In this document: positions 6,933-7,323 of the stretch, in pieces
How positions within the stretch are numbered: position 1 is the first letter of the stretch
How the letters are laid out: every line of letters starts with the position of its first letter
Source: Paraspadella gotoi
Lineage: Eukaryota > Animalia > Chaetognatha
Direction of reading: 5' to 3'
Assembly (NCBI GenBank): GCA_051294375.1
Contig: CM119263.1
Span: 3,178,659 to 3,185,981 of the forward strand
Length of the DNA: 7,323 nt
The notes under the pieces: generated by a model
Database searches by the model: none
What the model was told of the DNA's origin: nothing
The model's input: the letters and a program-made list of their open reading frames with translations, nothing else
Translations under genes and position numbers: made by a program

Positions 6933-7263
6933 TTTCGCTGTAATCAAGATTTGATTCCCGTCCGCCCGTCGACGAGGACTCATTAGATCCTCAGTGTACC
7001 CNNNNNNNNNNNNNNNNNNNNNNNNNNNNNNNNNNNNNNNNNNNNNNNNNNNNNNNNNNNNNNNNNNNNNNNNNNNNNNNNNNNNNNNNNNNNNNNNNNN
7101 NNNNNNNNNNNNNNNNNNNNNNNNNNCCCGCCATAACTTGACCCAAATACTCGGATGGATCGATGCTCAGATGTTTTTCACTCGGACGTTTGTCACGAAG
7201 GCGCTGACCTCCGTTGACCTCGCGATTCCCTTTTGTTTCCTTCGACGGGCGAAGATTTACTAC
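6933..7263 (-). CDS. Possible internal exon of a convergently transcribed neighbouring gene, product unknown
   Basis: On the - strand: acceptor-like ttttgatttttgttgtCAG ending at 7264, open frame VNLRPSKETKGNREVNGGQRLRDKRPSEKHLSIDPSEYLGQVMA up to the gap, then an open frame GYTEDLMSPRRRADGNQILITAK ending at a donor-like AAA|GTAATT (GT at 6932-6931). GC-richer than its flanks. The frame across the gap cannot be verified. Confidence 0.25.
7002..7126. other. Assembly gap (N run)
   Basis: Run of N. Confidence 1.
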
Positions 7264-7323
7264 TGACAACAAAAATCAAAATTCGTCATAAACCCTCAAT
7301 TTGGTGGCGCAAAGGTTAAACGG

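Overview
AT-rich eukaryotic, very probably invertebrate animal, draft-assembly DNA with three N gaps (1671-2229, 3040-3910, 7002-7126) and many microsatellite or low-complexity tracts. The main feature, which the ORF track misses because it is spliced, is a + strand ParaHox Gsx/ind homeobox gene. Exon 4253-4370 and terminal exon 5249-5783 join across an 878-bp GT-AG intron to give the homeodomain [28 protein letters not shown]|[33 protein letters not shown] Cys cluster and poly-Ser/Ala/Gln/His tracts follow. The canonical Gsx N-terminus (MSRSF-x-VDSL, SNAG/eh1-like) is not visible and may lie in a gap; 3911-4081 is a candidate end of the preceding exon. Points worth a second look are an intron inside homeobox codon 28, a ~130-nt 9-bp-period polypyrimidine tract at its acceptor, a perfect double-E-box palindrome over the stop codon, a G-rich/GAGA regulatory-looking block upstream, a higher-order 9-bp minisatellite downstream, and a possible exon of a convergent neighbouring gene. 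I see no evidence for a wholly new system, and no prokaryotic features, CRISPR arrays or RNA genes.
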